A DNA stretch of 64,000 nt from Myxococcota bacterium (lineage in GTDB: Bacteria > Myxococcota_A > UBA9160 > UBA6930), in NCBI GenBank assembly GCA_965223705.1, contig OZ245015.1:672001-736000 (forward strand). The letters are read 5' to 3'. How positions within the stretch are numbered: the first letter of the stretch is position 1; each line of letters opens with the position of its first letter. A model generated the notes under the pieces. The model saw only the letters and a program-made list of their open reading frames with translations. It ran no database searches and was not told the DNA's origin. Position numbers and translations under genes: made by a program. This document shows positions 11,188 through 20,668 of the stretch, piece by piece.

Positions 11188-11513
11188 CCGGCCGGCGCAT
11201 TCGCATCGAGCGCGCGCAAGCGCCGGAACGGGTAGATGCCGGATTCGTGCCCGTCGCTCCAAGCGATCTGGACCGCGTAGCGTCCCACCGACGAGAGTTT
11301 CACGGGGTGGACGTCGTCGGGGACGCTTTCTGCGTCGAGTAGACCTCGTCCACTCCACTCGTCGACGCATTGCGCGCAACCGCAAGCCAGCCGAAGTTCG
11401 CGAACATCGAAACGGCTCGTGTGGCCGTCGGCCCAGGCGATTTCCAGGGTCGTCGCGTCGCCCTGGCGGATCGCGGTCGGGGTGGTTTCGTCAGAGGGGG
11501 AGGCGTCGGACAT
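11184..11513 (-). CDS. DUF971 / GBBH-N-like protein
   Basis: IAWADGH...LRLACGCAQCVDEW...VGRYAVQIAWSDGHESGIY. Confidence 0.88.
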   Translation of the reverse strand: MSDASPSDETTPTAIRQGDATTLEIAWADGHTSRFDVRELRLACGCAQCVDEWSGRGLLDAESVPDDVHPVKLSSVGRYAVQIAWSDGHESGIYPFRRLRALDANAPAG

Positions 11514-11539
11514 CACGCTCCATGCTAGCCTCGACCGCA

Positions 11540-12226
11540 ATGAGCCCGGAAGCCTTCGGAACCATTGCAATTCTCGGCGGTACCGGCGACCAAGGCCTCG
11601 GCTTGGCGCTTCGGTTGGTCAGCGCGGGGTGTCACGTCGTCATCGGTTCGCGGGACAAGGCGAAGGCCGAAGCCGCTGCCGCGGAGGTCAAGCGGGCCGT
11701 CCCCGACGCGCGTGTCGAAGGGCGTGCCAACCCGGAGGCGGCCGAGGGAGCCGCGATCGTCTTTCTCTCGATTCCGTTCGAGAATACGGTCTCAACGCTG
11801 GCGTCGGTCCGAGACGCGCTCACGCCGGGGCAGATCGTCGTTTCGATGGTCGTGCCGCTCGCCACCGCGATCGGGGACCGCCCGACACGCACCGTGGGCG
11901 TCCACCAAGGATCGGCGGCCGAGCTGGTCGAGGGCCTCGTGCCCGAGGACGTCGCCGTTGTCGGCGCTCTCCAGAATGTCTCAGCTCACCGCCTCAAGGA
12001 CTTGAGCGTCGAGATGGACTGCGACGTCGTCGTTTGCGGGGAGCGGCGAGCTCGAGAGCACATCGCTTCCCTGTGTGACCTGATCCCCGGGCTCCGGGGG
12101 GTGAACGGCGGCCTTCTCGCGAACGCCAGGATCGTCGAGGATCTGACGGCGCTGATCATCGGGCTCAACATCCGGTACAAGGTCTCGGGCGGTATCGGCA
12201 TTCGCTTTCCGGGAATTCCACGATGA
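11540..12226 (+). CDS. npdG: NADPH-dependent F420 reductase
   Basis: IAILGGTGDQGLGLA, VVIGSR, GSAAE, QNVSAH, CDVVVCG, NARIVEDLTALIIGLNIRYK. Confidence 0.88.
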   Translation: MSPEAFGTIAILGGTGDQGLGLALRLVSAGCHVVIGSRDKAKAEAAAAEVKRAVPDARVEGRANPEAAEGAAIVFLSIPFENTVSTLASVRDALTPGQIVVSMVVPLATAIGDRPTRTVGVHQGSAAELVEGLVPEDVAVVGALQNVSAHRLKDLSVEMDCDVVVCGERRAREHIASLCDLIPGLRGVNGGLLANARIVEDLTALIIGLNIRYKVSGGIGIRFPGIPR

Positions 12227-12951
12227 ATGTCCACGCGCTCGCCGAACAGCACTTCTCCGAGCGCGTCGCGCTAAATCCGTATCCGGGCCGGGGCCTGGCC
12301 CTCTGTCGCGGAGAAGACGGCGGATGGCTTGTGATCTACTGGATCATGGGGCGCTCCGCGAACAGCCGAAATCGTCGGTTTGTCCTCGAGGGATCCGATC
12401 TCAGAACGGAACCGGTCGATCTCGCGGCGGTCGAGGATCCGTCGCTCATCATCTACCGCGCGATGGGTGTTCTCGGGCGCCGTTTCGTGGTGACCAACGG
12501 GGATCAGACCGACACGATCCTCACCGGGCTCGAGTCGGGGCAGAGTTTCGAGCTCGCTCTCGAGAAACGCGAGCGCGAGCCGGACGCTCCGAACTACACG
12601 CCTCGGATCAGCGGTTTGCTGGATCTCGACGGCGGTGCCCCGCGGATGGCGCTGTCGGTGCTTTCCGCGAACCTCGCCGATCCAGCGGAAACGGACCGGA
12701 ACGCGTACCGGCCAGCGCTCCCGCCAGCTGGGTTCGGGCGGGCTCTGACCACCTACGAGGGCGACGGAAACCCGTTGCCTCCGTTCCGCGGCGAGCCGCT
12801 CTGGTTTCCCGCGGGGGGGTCGCCCGAAGAGGTTCTCGGACGGTACTGGGCCGCTCTCCATCCCGAGAACCGGGTCGCGCTCGCCGTGCGTTGGATCTCG
12901 CGTGACGGCTCCTCGTCGCGCACCCTCGTTCGCAATCAGCACGACGCTTAA
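12223..12951 (+). CDS. IMP cyclohydrolase-like protein (PurO-type Ntn fold)
   Basis: NPYPGRG, YWIMGRSANSRNR, DPSLIIY, VTNGDQTD, EPDAPNYTPRISG. Confidence 0.82.
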   Translation: MNVHALAEQHFSERVALNPYPGRGLALCRGEDGGWLVIYWIMGRSANSRNRRFVLEGSDLRTEPVDLAAVEDPSLIIYRAMGVLGRRFVVTNGDQTDTILTGLESGQSFELALEKREREPDAPNYTPRISGLLDLDGGAPRMALSVLSANLADPAETDRNAYRPALPPAGFGRALTTYEGDGNPLPPFRGEPLWFPAGGSPEEVLGRYWAALHPENRVALAVRWISRDGSSSRTLVRNQHDA

Positions 12952-13006
12952 CGCCTCTTCGCGCGTGGACTCTACCCCATCGGGTTTTTCCCCGAGGGGC
13001 ATACGC

Positions 13007-13054
13007 AAACCAGTGTTTGTGTAGCAGTGTCTAACCAGACACAAGATTTTGTGG
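13007..13054. promoter_or_regulatory. Tandem NrdR boxes
   Basis: ACACAAGATTTTGTGG (13039-13054) fits acaCwAtATaTwGtg; a weaker AAACCAGTGTTTGTGT (13007-13022) starts 32 bp upstream; both lie upstream of nrdJ. Confidence 0.7.
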
Positions 13055-13557
13055 TTCGACCGATTTTTAGGGTTGACGCTTTTGTGCCTCGGGAGTTAAC
13101 AAGACCGTCACGGGGATGAGTCTCCTTCCGGCGGCCTGGGGGGGTTCGAGAGAACTGGCGGCTGCCGGAGGGATTGAGCTTGGAAGCGGGACGGAGGACC
13201 TGCCCTCGCTCGGGGGCCCCGGGGAGTTCCCGGGGCCTCACTCGACCTCCGAGATTTTTAGCGGATGAAGCGCGCGGCAGGAGCGCGCCAGGGTCTTCCG
13301 GACCGCGGCCATCGCGAGCTGATTCGCGAGTGATGGCTCGCCGGGCGCCCGACGCTCTGGGCTCTTCGGGCAGTACGCCGCTCCGAGTGCTCTGACCGTT
13401 GGCAGACAGCTGGCAGAAGCTCGGGGCATCTCGGCCGGCTACTTCCCGTCGCGCTGAGGCGGCGGCATCGAGATGTGGCGCGAGCGACGCGTACTACGCG
13501 CTAACGCGGGTGATGGACGAGAGTCGGGCCGAGTAGGGCACAATTTAGGGGGGCGAT

Positions 13558-16377
13558 GTGAACGAGGTGGTGGTGAAGCAAGGTGGCTCGCGGCAAGAGG
13601 TTCGAACGTCGGCGGCCGGGTCGGCGAAGAGGACCCGCTCGCGGGGTGGTTCGAAGGGGCGCACGACCAAAAAGTCGCGCGCCCGCGGTCTGCGGATTTC
13701 ACGTCGCTTCACCGAAGCCGGTGTCTCACCCTACGACGAGGTCCAGTGGGAGCTCCGGACAGCCGCAATCAGCAACGAGCGCGGCGAGATCATCTTCGAA
13801 CAGACGGACGTCGAGATCCCCGCGAGCTGGTCACAGTTGGCCACCAACGTCGTGGTCTCGAAATACTTCCGCGGCCACCTGGGTTCGCCGGAGCGAGAGC
13901 GGAGCGTTCGTCAACTGATCGGACGCGTCGTCGGGAAGATCTGCGAATGGGGCGACCGATCGGGCTACTTCGCGACCCCCGAAGATCGAGACGCGTTTAG
14001 CGACGAGCTGACGTACCTGTTGCTTCACCAGAAGCTCGCGTTCAACAGCCCGGTATGGTTCAACTTGGGTGTGAAGGACACGCCGCAGCAAGCGAGCGCC
14101 TGCTTCATCAACTCCGTCGACGACACCATGGAATCGATCATGGATCTCGCGAAGACCGAGGCCATGCTCTTCAAGGGCGGGTCGGGGACGGGCTCCAACC
14201 TCTCGGGGATCCGCTCTTCGAAGGAGCGACTCGCCGGCGGCGGCACCGCGTCGGGGCCGGTGTCGTTCATGAAGGGCTACGACGCGTTCGCGGGTGTCGT
14301 GAAGTCGGGCGGCAAGACGCGCCGCGCGGCCAAGATGGTCATCCTGAACGTCGACCATCCGGACATCCGCGAGTTCATTCAGTGCAAGGCCGAAGAAGAG
14401 AAGAAGGCGTGGAGCCTGATCGACGCGGGCTACGACGGCGGCTTCAACGTACCGGGCGGCGCCTACGATTCCGTGTTCTTCCAGAACGCCAATCACTCGG
14501 TGCGCGTAACGGACGAATTCATGCAGGCCGCCGTCGACGGGCGGCCCTGGCAGACTCGCGCGGTAACGACGGGGGAGACGGTCGACACGTACGAAGCATC
14601 TGAGCTCCTCGGCGAGATCTCGGAGGCCGCACACGTTTGCGGCGATCCGGGGATGCAGTACGACACGACGATCAACCGCTGGAATCCGGTGAAGAATTCG
14701 GGCCGGATTCACTCGAGCAATCCGTGCTCCGAATACATGTTCCTCGACGACACGGCCTGCAACCTGGCGAGCCTCAACCTGATGACGTTCGTCGATGCGG
14801 GCGGTGAGTTCTGCGTCGACGATTTTCGGCGGGCGGCGGCTCTTTCGATCCTCGCTCAGGAAATCGTGGTCGATCACGCCGACTACCCGACGCCGGAGAT
14901 CGCGAAGAACAGTCATCTGTACCGACCGTTGGGTCTCGGCTACGCGAACCTCGGCGCGGTTCTCATGTCCCAGGGCCTTCCCTACGACAGCGATGAGGGG
15001 CGCAACGTCTCGGCGAGCATCACGTCACTCATGTGCGGTGAGGCCTATCGCATGAGTGCGGAGATCGCCGGAGCGATGGGTCCGTTCGCGCGCTACCGCG
15101 CGAACCGCAAGCCCTTCCTCGAAGTGATCGGCATGCACAAAACCTGCGCGGAAGGGGTTCCGGCCGCCGGTGTGCAAGAAGACCTGTGGCAAGCGGCGCG
15201 AAGCGCCTGGGCGGACGCGCTCGAGCTCGGTGAGCGCAACGGCTACAAGAACGGTCAAGTCACCGTCCTGGCGCCGACCGGCACGATCGCGTTCATGATG
15301 GATTGCGACACGACGGGTGTCGAACCCGACATCGCGCTCGTCAAGTACAAGAAGCTGGTGGGTGGCGGTCTCTTGAAGATCGTCAACCAGACCGTTCCGA
15401 TGGCGTTGGCCAAGCTGGGCTACAGCGAAGACCAAGTCCGTGAAATCGTCGCGTACGTCGATGAGAAGGAGACGATCGAAGGCGCACCGGGACTCGCCGA
15501 CGAGCATCTCCCGGTCTTCGATTGCGCGTTTCGGCCGGTCAACGGCCAGCGCTCGATTCATTGGCGCGGGCACATTCGGATGATGGGGGCAGTGCAACCG
15601 TTCCTGTCGGGGGCGATCAGCAAGACGGTGAACCTCCCCAACGACGCGAGCGTCGAGGATTTGCGCGAGGCCTACCTAGAAGGTTGGCGCCTCGGACTCA
15701 AGGCGCTCGCTGTCTACCGAGACGGGAGCAAGCGGACGCAACCGCTCAACGCCGGCAAGGAGGAAGAGGTCGACAACGTGATCTCCCTCGAAGAGCGCCG
15801 GCCGTCGCGGCGCAAGCTGCCGGACGAACGCTCGGCGGTGACGCACAAGTTCTCGATCGCCGGGCACGAGGGCTACTTGACCGTGGGGCTCTACGAAGAC
15901 GGCAACCCGGGCGAAATTTTCCTTCGCATGTCGAAGGAAGGAAGCACGGTGTCGGGTCTGATGGATTCCATCGCGGTCATGACCTCGATGGCGCTTCAGT
16001 ACGGCGTGCCGCTCAAAGCGTTGGTCGACAAGTTCAGTCACACCCGGTTCGAGCCGGCGGGCTTTACGAACAATCGAGAGATTCCCATGGCGAAATCTCC
16101 GATGGACTACATCTTCCGCTTCCTGGGAAACCGTTTCTTGCAGGACGTAGAGACGCCCGACGAACAGGAACTCAATGCGGAAGATTCGGGTCTGATTCCG
16201 TCGCTACCCGAGGCGCCGCGCGTCGCGATCGCGGGCGGCTCGGGAGATGTTGCACCCGGGGCGTCCTTTATCAATCAAGCCGATGCACCGAGTTGCAGCG
16301 AGTGCGGAGACATCATGGTCCGCAACGGCGCCTGCTACAAATGCATGACGTGCGGGAGTACCAGCGGCTGCAGTTAG
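13558..16377 (+). CDS. nrdJ: Vitamin B12-dependent (class II) ribonucleotide reductase
   Basis: FNSPVWFN, SACFI, GGKTRRAAKM, SNPCSEY, APTGTI, SGAISKTVN; C-terminal TSCPD-like domain and a CxxC...CxxC...GCS tail. Confidence 0.96.
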   Translation: MNEVVVKQGGSRQEVRTSAAGSAKRTRSRGGSKGRTTKKSRARGLRISRRFTEAGVSPYDEVQWELRTAAISNERGEIIFEQTDVEIPASWSQLATNVVVSKYFRGHLGSPERERSVRQLIGRVVGKICEWGDRSGYFATPEDRDAFSDELTYLLLHQKLAFNSPVWFNLGVKDTPQQASACFINSVDDTMESIMDLAKTEAMLFKGGSGTGSNLSGIRSSKERLAGGGTASGPVSFMKGYDAFAGVVKSGGKTRRAAKMVILNVDHPDIREFIQCKAEEEKKAWSLIDAGYDGGFNVPGGAYDSVFFQNANHSVRVTDEFMQAAVDGRPWQTRAVTTGETVDTYEASELLGEISEAAHVCGDPGMQYDTTINRWNPVKNSGRIHSSNPCSEYMFLDDTACNLASLNLMTFVDAGGEFCVDDFRRAAALSILAQEIVVDHADYPTPEIAKNSHLYRPLGLGYANLGAVLMSQGLPYDSDEGRNVSASITSLMCGEAYRMSAEIAGAMGPFARYRANRKPFLEVIGMHKTCAEGVPAAGVQEDLWQAARSAWADALELGERNGYKNGQVTVLAPTGTIAFMMDCDTTGVEPDIALVKYKKLVGGGLLKIVNQTVPMALAKLGYSEDQVREIVAYVDEKETIEGAPGLADEHLPVFDCAFRPVNGQRSIHWRGHIRMMGAVQPFLSGAISKTVNLPNDASVEDLREAYLEGWRLGLKALAVYRDGSKRTQPLNAGKEEEVDNVISLEERRPSRRKLPDERSAVTHKFSIAGHEGYLTVGLYEDGNPGEIFLRMSKEGSTVSGLMDSIAVMTSMALQYGVPLKALVDKFSHTRFEPAGFTNNREIPMAKSPMDYIFRFLGNRFLQDVETPDEQELNAEDSGLIPSLPEAPRVAIAGGSGDVAPGASFINQADAPSCSECGDIMVRNGACYKCMTCGSTSGCS

Positions 16378-16387
16378 CTGTAGAGCG

Positions 16388-16765
16388 CTAGTAGATCCAA
16401 CGACCGTTCTGGAAGCGGAAGATCTCGGTGATCGGGCTGCGGCCCGCGACCTTGCAGTTGCGCGCGGCATCCGCACATCGAAGCTGCTGGTAGCGGAGAA
16501 TTCCCACGTAGGGGGCGCCCGCGTGCCCCGTCGGCTTGAGCTCCATTCGGTAGTCGTCTCCGTAGCCGGTGTAGCCGGTTCCGGCGCGCTCAGCGTTCGC
16601 ACGGTTTTGTTCGCCCGCGCGCTGCATCTTGCCCATCCATTCGCGCGCGAATCGCTCAAACGAGGCTTTCGCTTCGGGCTCACCGGCAGGCGCGCCCGCA
16701 AGAGCCGCCGGAGCGGTGAAGAGGAGGGTGGCACCCAGTAAGGCCAGGAGGATTTTCGGAGCCAT
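16388..16765 (-). CDS. Secreted hypothetical protein
   Basis: GGAG RBS, signal peptide MAPKILLALLGATLLFTAPAALA, ends EIFRFQNGRWIY. Confidence 0.65.
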   Translation of the reverse strand: MAPKILLALLGATLLFTAPAALAGAPAGEPEAKASFERFAREWMGKMQRAGEQNRANAERAGTGYTGYGDDYRMELKPTGHAGAPYVGILRYQQLRCADAARNCKVAGRSPITEIFRFQNGRWIY

Positions 16766-17066
16766 GACGATCATCTCCAAACCGATGTCCCCACCCCGAA
16801 AACCGGGGTCAATATACATCGGTTCTTCACGAACTCGACACCGCCGGGTGCGCTGCCCTCTCACCCTACTCAGGGTATTGGGCAACGGTCAAGCGCTCCC
16901 AGAGACTGTCTGAGTTCTCTGTCGGACCAACCGCCGTTTCGGATCATTCAGCGCAAACCTTTCCCGCCGGGGGAATAGATGGCATTCCCATGGCAAGGGA
17001 GAGGCATTTCGCCGTCAAATGGCCTTCCCCGTGGGCCGTAAGCTGGATCGAGGGTAATTTCTTGCC

Positions 17067-17747
17067 ATGGCGCAACGAATACTGGTTGTCGATGACGAAC
17101 CGGATCTCCTCGAGCTCGTTCGCTTCAACCTGGTCCAGGCTGGCTATATCGTCGATACGGCCGAGGCCGGTGAGGAAGGCCTCTCGAAGGCTCGTCGAGC
17201 GGTACCGGACCTGATCGTTCTCGACGTGATGCTGCCGGATCTTCCGGGAACGGAAGTTTGCCGGAGGCTGCGCGCCGAACCGAGCTTGGCGGAAACGCCG
17301 GTGTTGATGCTCACCGCCAAGTCCGAGGAAGTCGACCGAGTCGTCGGCTTCGAGATCGGCGCGGATGACTACGTCACCAAGCCCTTCAGCCCCCGCGAGC
17401 TCACGCTTCGGATTCAGGCCATCCTCCGCCGTTCGGGTACGCCGCGCGAAGAGCAAGACGTGCTGGAGCACGGCACCCTCCGCATCGACCGGGATCGGCA
17501 TCGCTGCTGGGTGTTGGACGAGCCGGTCTCCCTGACCGCGAAAGAGTTCCGCCTGCTCTCCTCGCTGATGAGCCGTGCGGGGCGGGTGATGACGAGGGAC
17601 TCTCTTCTCGACGAGGTGTGGGGTTCCGATATCACGGTCACGACACGGACGATCGATACCCACCTCAAGCGACTCCGAGAAAAGCTGGGAGACGCGGGCG
17701 ATCTCATCGAGACGGTACGGGGCGTAGGCTACCGATTCGCCGAGTAG
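17067..17747 (+). CDS. phoB: OmpR-family response regulator, PhoB-like
   Basis: REC plus winged helix (GADDYVTKPFSPREL, RTIDTHLKRLREKLG, IETVRGVGY); heads the pst locus. Confidence 0.88.
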   Translation: MAQRILVVDDEPDLLELVRFNLVQAGYIVDTAEAGEEGLSKARRAVPDLIVLDVMLPDLPGTEVCRRLRAEPSLAETPVLMLTAKSEEVDRVVGFEIGADDYVTKPFSPRELTLRIQAILRRSGTPREEQDVLEHGTLRIDRDRHRCWVLDEPVSLTAKEFRLLSSLMSRAGRVMTRDSLLDEVWGSDITVTTRTIDTHLKRLREKLGDAGDLIETVRGVGYRFAE

Positions 17748-17749
17748 CG

Positions 17750-19105
17750 TTGGATCGGCTTACGCGCCGGCTCTGTGTCTCCGGGCTGCTGGTCGCAGCC
17801 TGTACCGCTTTCACGTACGCGGCCGTTTCTGGCAAGTTTTCCCTGCTGGCGACGATTGGAGCCGCCGCTGTCTGCGGCGTCGCGATTGCGATCGCGGCCT
17901 GGACCGTTCGTCGCCGCCTCGGCGAACCGATCGACGCGCTGCAAAGAACGCTCGATCGCTTCGGTGAGGGAGAACTCGAGACCCCTGTTCCGCCCCGCCA
18001 GTACGGCGATGTCCGAAGCTTGTCGCGTTCGCTCGAGGCGATGCGTGAAAGACTGCACCGCCGTCTCGAGGCGGCGGAATCCGAAGGCGCGCAGCTTCGC
18101 GCGGTTTTGGCGGACATGGTGGAAGGCGTCGTCGTCCTCGACACCAGGGGTCGCATTCAAGTCGTCAACCAGCGGTTGCGCCAGCTCGCCGATGTTTGGG
18201 GGGAAGCCGACGGTCGCCACTACTGGGAGTTCTTCCGGCACAGCGCACTTGTGGAAGCGCTGCGCAGCGCGCTCGAGAGTGACGCGGTGTTCGTGACGGA
18301 AGTGACGTTCGGAGCGAAAGACGGGCGCGTGGTACAGATGCACGCGACCGGCTTCGGAAGCAGCGGGACAACCATCGGAACCGTCGCCGTCTTTCACGAT
18401 ATCACCGAGCTGCGACGGCTCGAGCGGGTGCGCCGCGATTTCGTCGCGAACGTCTCCCACGAGCTGAAGACACCGCTGACCGCCATTCGCGGATTCGCCG
18501 AGACATTGCGCGTAGAGGAGGTGCCCGACGATCAGCGGGATCGGTATCTGGGCATCATCGAGCGGCACGCGAAAAGGCTGACGCGCCTGATCGAAGACCT
18601 GATGGCGCTCTCCAGAGTCGAAGGCGGTACGGAGGCCCTCAACCCGGAGGTGGTCGACATCCGCCGCCTCGTGGCCGGGACGCTCTCGGACATGTCCGGC
18701 CAGATCGAGGCGCGCAAGCTCGAAATCAACGAAGACCATCAGGGTGCCTGCCTGGCTTACGCCGACCGGCTCGCCGTCGAGCAGATCCTGGTCAACCTGA
18801 TCGACAACGCGGCCAAGTACAGCGACCCGGGAGGTCGCATCGAGATCCGCACGCGAACCGGGCCCAACACAATTCGGATTTCCGTCGCCGACAGCGGGAT
18901 CGGGATTCCCGATGGAGAGCACGACCGAATTTTCGAGCGCTTCTATCGCGTCGACGCCGCCCGCGGCCGCGACGTCGCCGGTACCGGACTCGGTTTGGCC
19001 ATCGTTCGCCATCTTCTTCAATTGAGCGGCGGCGAAATCGCGGTCGAATCCGAGCACGGCACGGGCTCGACCTTCACCGTTTCGCTACCGACGCCACCGA
19101 ATTGA
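17750..19105 (+). CDS. phoR: Sensor histidine kinase, PhoR-like (TM-HAMP-PAS-HisKA-HATPase)
   Basis: RRDFVANVSHELKTPLT, NLIDNAAKY, FERFYRVD, GTGLGLAIV. Start (TTG 17750) uncertain. Confidence 0.88.
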   Translation: MDRLTRRLCVSGLLVAACTAFTYAAVSGKFSLLATIGAAAVCGVAIAIAAWTVRRRLGEPIDALQRTLDRFGEGELETPVPPRQYGDVRSLSRSLEAMRERLHRRLEAAESEGAQLRAVLADMVEGVVVLDTRGRIQVVNQRLRQLADVWGEADGRHYWEFFRHSALVEALRSALESDAVFVTEVTFGAKDGRVVQMHATGFGSSGTTIGTVAVFHDITELRRLERVRRDFVANVSHELKTPLTAIRGFAETLRVEEVPDDQRDRYLGIIERHAKRLTRLIEDLMALSRVEGGTEALNPEVVDIRRLVAGTLSDMSGQIEARKLEINEDHQGACLAYADRLAVEQILVNLIDNAAKYSDPGGRIEIRTRTGPNTIRISVADSGIGIPDGEHDRIFERFYRVDAARGRDVAGTGLGLAIVRHLLQLSGGEIAVESEHGTGSTFTVSLPTPPN

Positions 19106-19153
19106 AATCCGCTCCGCGGCGAGAAGCCACGATTCCTGCGAATCGAAACGCTT

Positions 19154-19175
19154 CCGTCACTGTTTTGTCACAGCA
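19154..19175 (+). promoter_or_regulatory. Pho box upstream of the porin gene
   Basis: CCGTCAC-TGTT-TTGTCAC: two GTCAC half-sites with an 11-bp period. Confidence 0.7.
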
Positions 19176-19242
19176 GTCCCGTTAACTGCGGCCGACGGTC
19201 GACAGTCCGTAGCCACGGGCCGGCCGTGGAGGGGAATGGGAC

Positions 19243-20544
19243 TTGACGAACGTACTTCGAGCGACCGCAATCCGCGGATTCGCATGGGCAACGTGTCTCG
19301 CAATCGCGCTCGGTGCCGGCGCGCCCGCAGCTGCCGGAGAGGCCGTCATCGACGACGTCCTGGGAATTCTCAAACAACGGGGGATTCTCGACGAAAACCA
19401 GTACAGCGAACTCACGGCGAAAAACGCGGTTTATGAAGAATCGCGCCAATCACTCCTCAGCCGTTTCGAGTTTTCGGGCGATCTTCGCGCGCGCCACGAG
19501 AGCTTCTGGTTCGACCGCGATCCGTTGGGTGTCGAAGCTTCGAATCGCTACCGGCTGCGCTACCGGCTACGCCTGAATGGGAAGGCCGCCGTCAACGAGT
19601 GGCTGTCGGTCGGTTTCCAACTCGCGACGGGAGAGGACCACAACAGCGGGAACAGCACGCTCGGCTCGAGCGTGAACGGCGACCCCCAGGAATGGGACGC
19701 CCACGGCATCTTCCTCCGGAAAGCCTATCTCGAGGCGAGGCTCCCGTTTGAAAACGTCAAGAGCTCGGTCCACTTCGGAAAGGTCAGCAACCCGTTTCGG
19801 TGGAAGATCGGCAAGGACTACTTGTGGGACGGCGATATCAATCCCGAGGGCGTCGCTGTCAAGATGGCGACGAATCTCTCAGAGAACGCCTCCGCCTTCA
19901 TGAACTTGGGCTACTTCATCGTCGATGAGGAGAGCGGAGGAAAGGATCCCCACATGTTCGGCGCTCAGGTCGGAGGCGAGGTCGGCGTCAGCGACAGCCT
20001 CGCCTTCGGAGGGCGGCTCTCGTACTACAACTGGCGTTCCCTGCAGAGCGACTTCATCGCACGCAACGCGGCAGACGGAAACATCGCCGGCGGTGTGGAA
20101 GGCGGGACCGACAACGAGATCAGCGTCGGCGAGCTGTCGCTCTACGCGAAGCTCTCATCGATCGATGGCTGGCCGATTCTCGCCTACGGCACGTACGCGC
20201 AGAACTTCGATGCGGAGAGCACGCTCGGCGCTTCGAAAGAAGATTCCGCCTTCGGCATCGGATTCGAGATCGGCGACAAGAAGCACATCGTCAAACTGGG
20301 CGCGGCCTACTGGGAAATGGAGGCGAACGCGCTGCCGGCGAATTTCGTCGACAGCAACTTGTTCGACGGCCACACGAACCGGGAGGGTTTCGTCTTTTAC
20401 GGTTCCAAGACCGTTCTCAAGAACACGGATCTCAATCTGACGTTGTTCATGGGTGAAGAGCTCGAGGACGACGCGGCTTTCGCCGCCGATCTCGGAAATT
20501 CGGATCGGATCCGATTCCAGACCGATCTCGTCGTGAAGTTCTAG
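19243..20544 (+). CDS. Putative outer-membrane porin (phosphate-starvation locus)
   Basis: Signal peptide; LKQRGIL N-terminal helix; FSGDLRARHE, RYRLRYRLRL, WDGDINPEG; C-terminal Phe (DLVVKF). Confidence 0.82.
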   Translation: MTNVLRATAIRGFAWATCLAIALGAGAPAAAGEAVIDDVLGILKQRGILDENQYSELTAKNAVYEESRQSLLSRFEFSGDLRARHESFWFDRDPLGVEASNRYRLRYRLRLNGKAAVNEWLSVGFQLATGEDHNSGNSTLGSSVNGDPQEWDAHGIFLRKAYLEARLPFENVKSSVHFGKVSNPFRWKIGKDYLWDGDINPEGVAVKMATNLSENASAFMNLGYFIVDEESGGKDPHMFGAQVGGEVGVSDSLAFGGRLSYYNWRSLQSDFIARNAADGNIAGGVEGGTDNEISVGELSLYAKLSSIDGWPILAYGTYAQNFDAESTLGASKEDSAFGIGFEIGDKKHIVKLGAAYWEMEANALPANFVDSNLFDGHTNREGFVFYGSKTVLKNTDLNLTLFMGEELEDDAAFAADLGNSDRIRFQTDLVVKF

Positions 20545-20572
20545 GCCTTTCGGTGACCCTGCGGGGATTGAA

Positions 20573-20590
20573 ACTTCATCGATCTGTAAC
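20573..20590 (+). promoter_or_regulatory. Candidate Pho box upstream of pstS
   Basis: ACTTCAT-CGAT-CTGTAAC, 11-bp period, about 80 bp before pstS. Confidence 0.5.
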
Positions 20591-20668
20591 GAAGACGCGC
20601 ACAGTCGCGCCGTCCAACCGGGTAGCCTCCCGGGCCAGGCCCAGGGAAACAAAGGGATATCACGCTAC

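Noticed and set aside
13100..13557. Cobalamin riboswitch before the B12-dependent nrdJ
   Set aside because: I could not find the conserved B12-box/core motifs; kept only as an unassigned structured leader.
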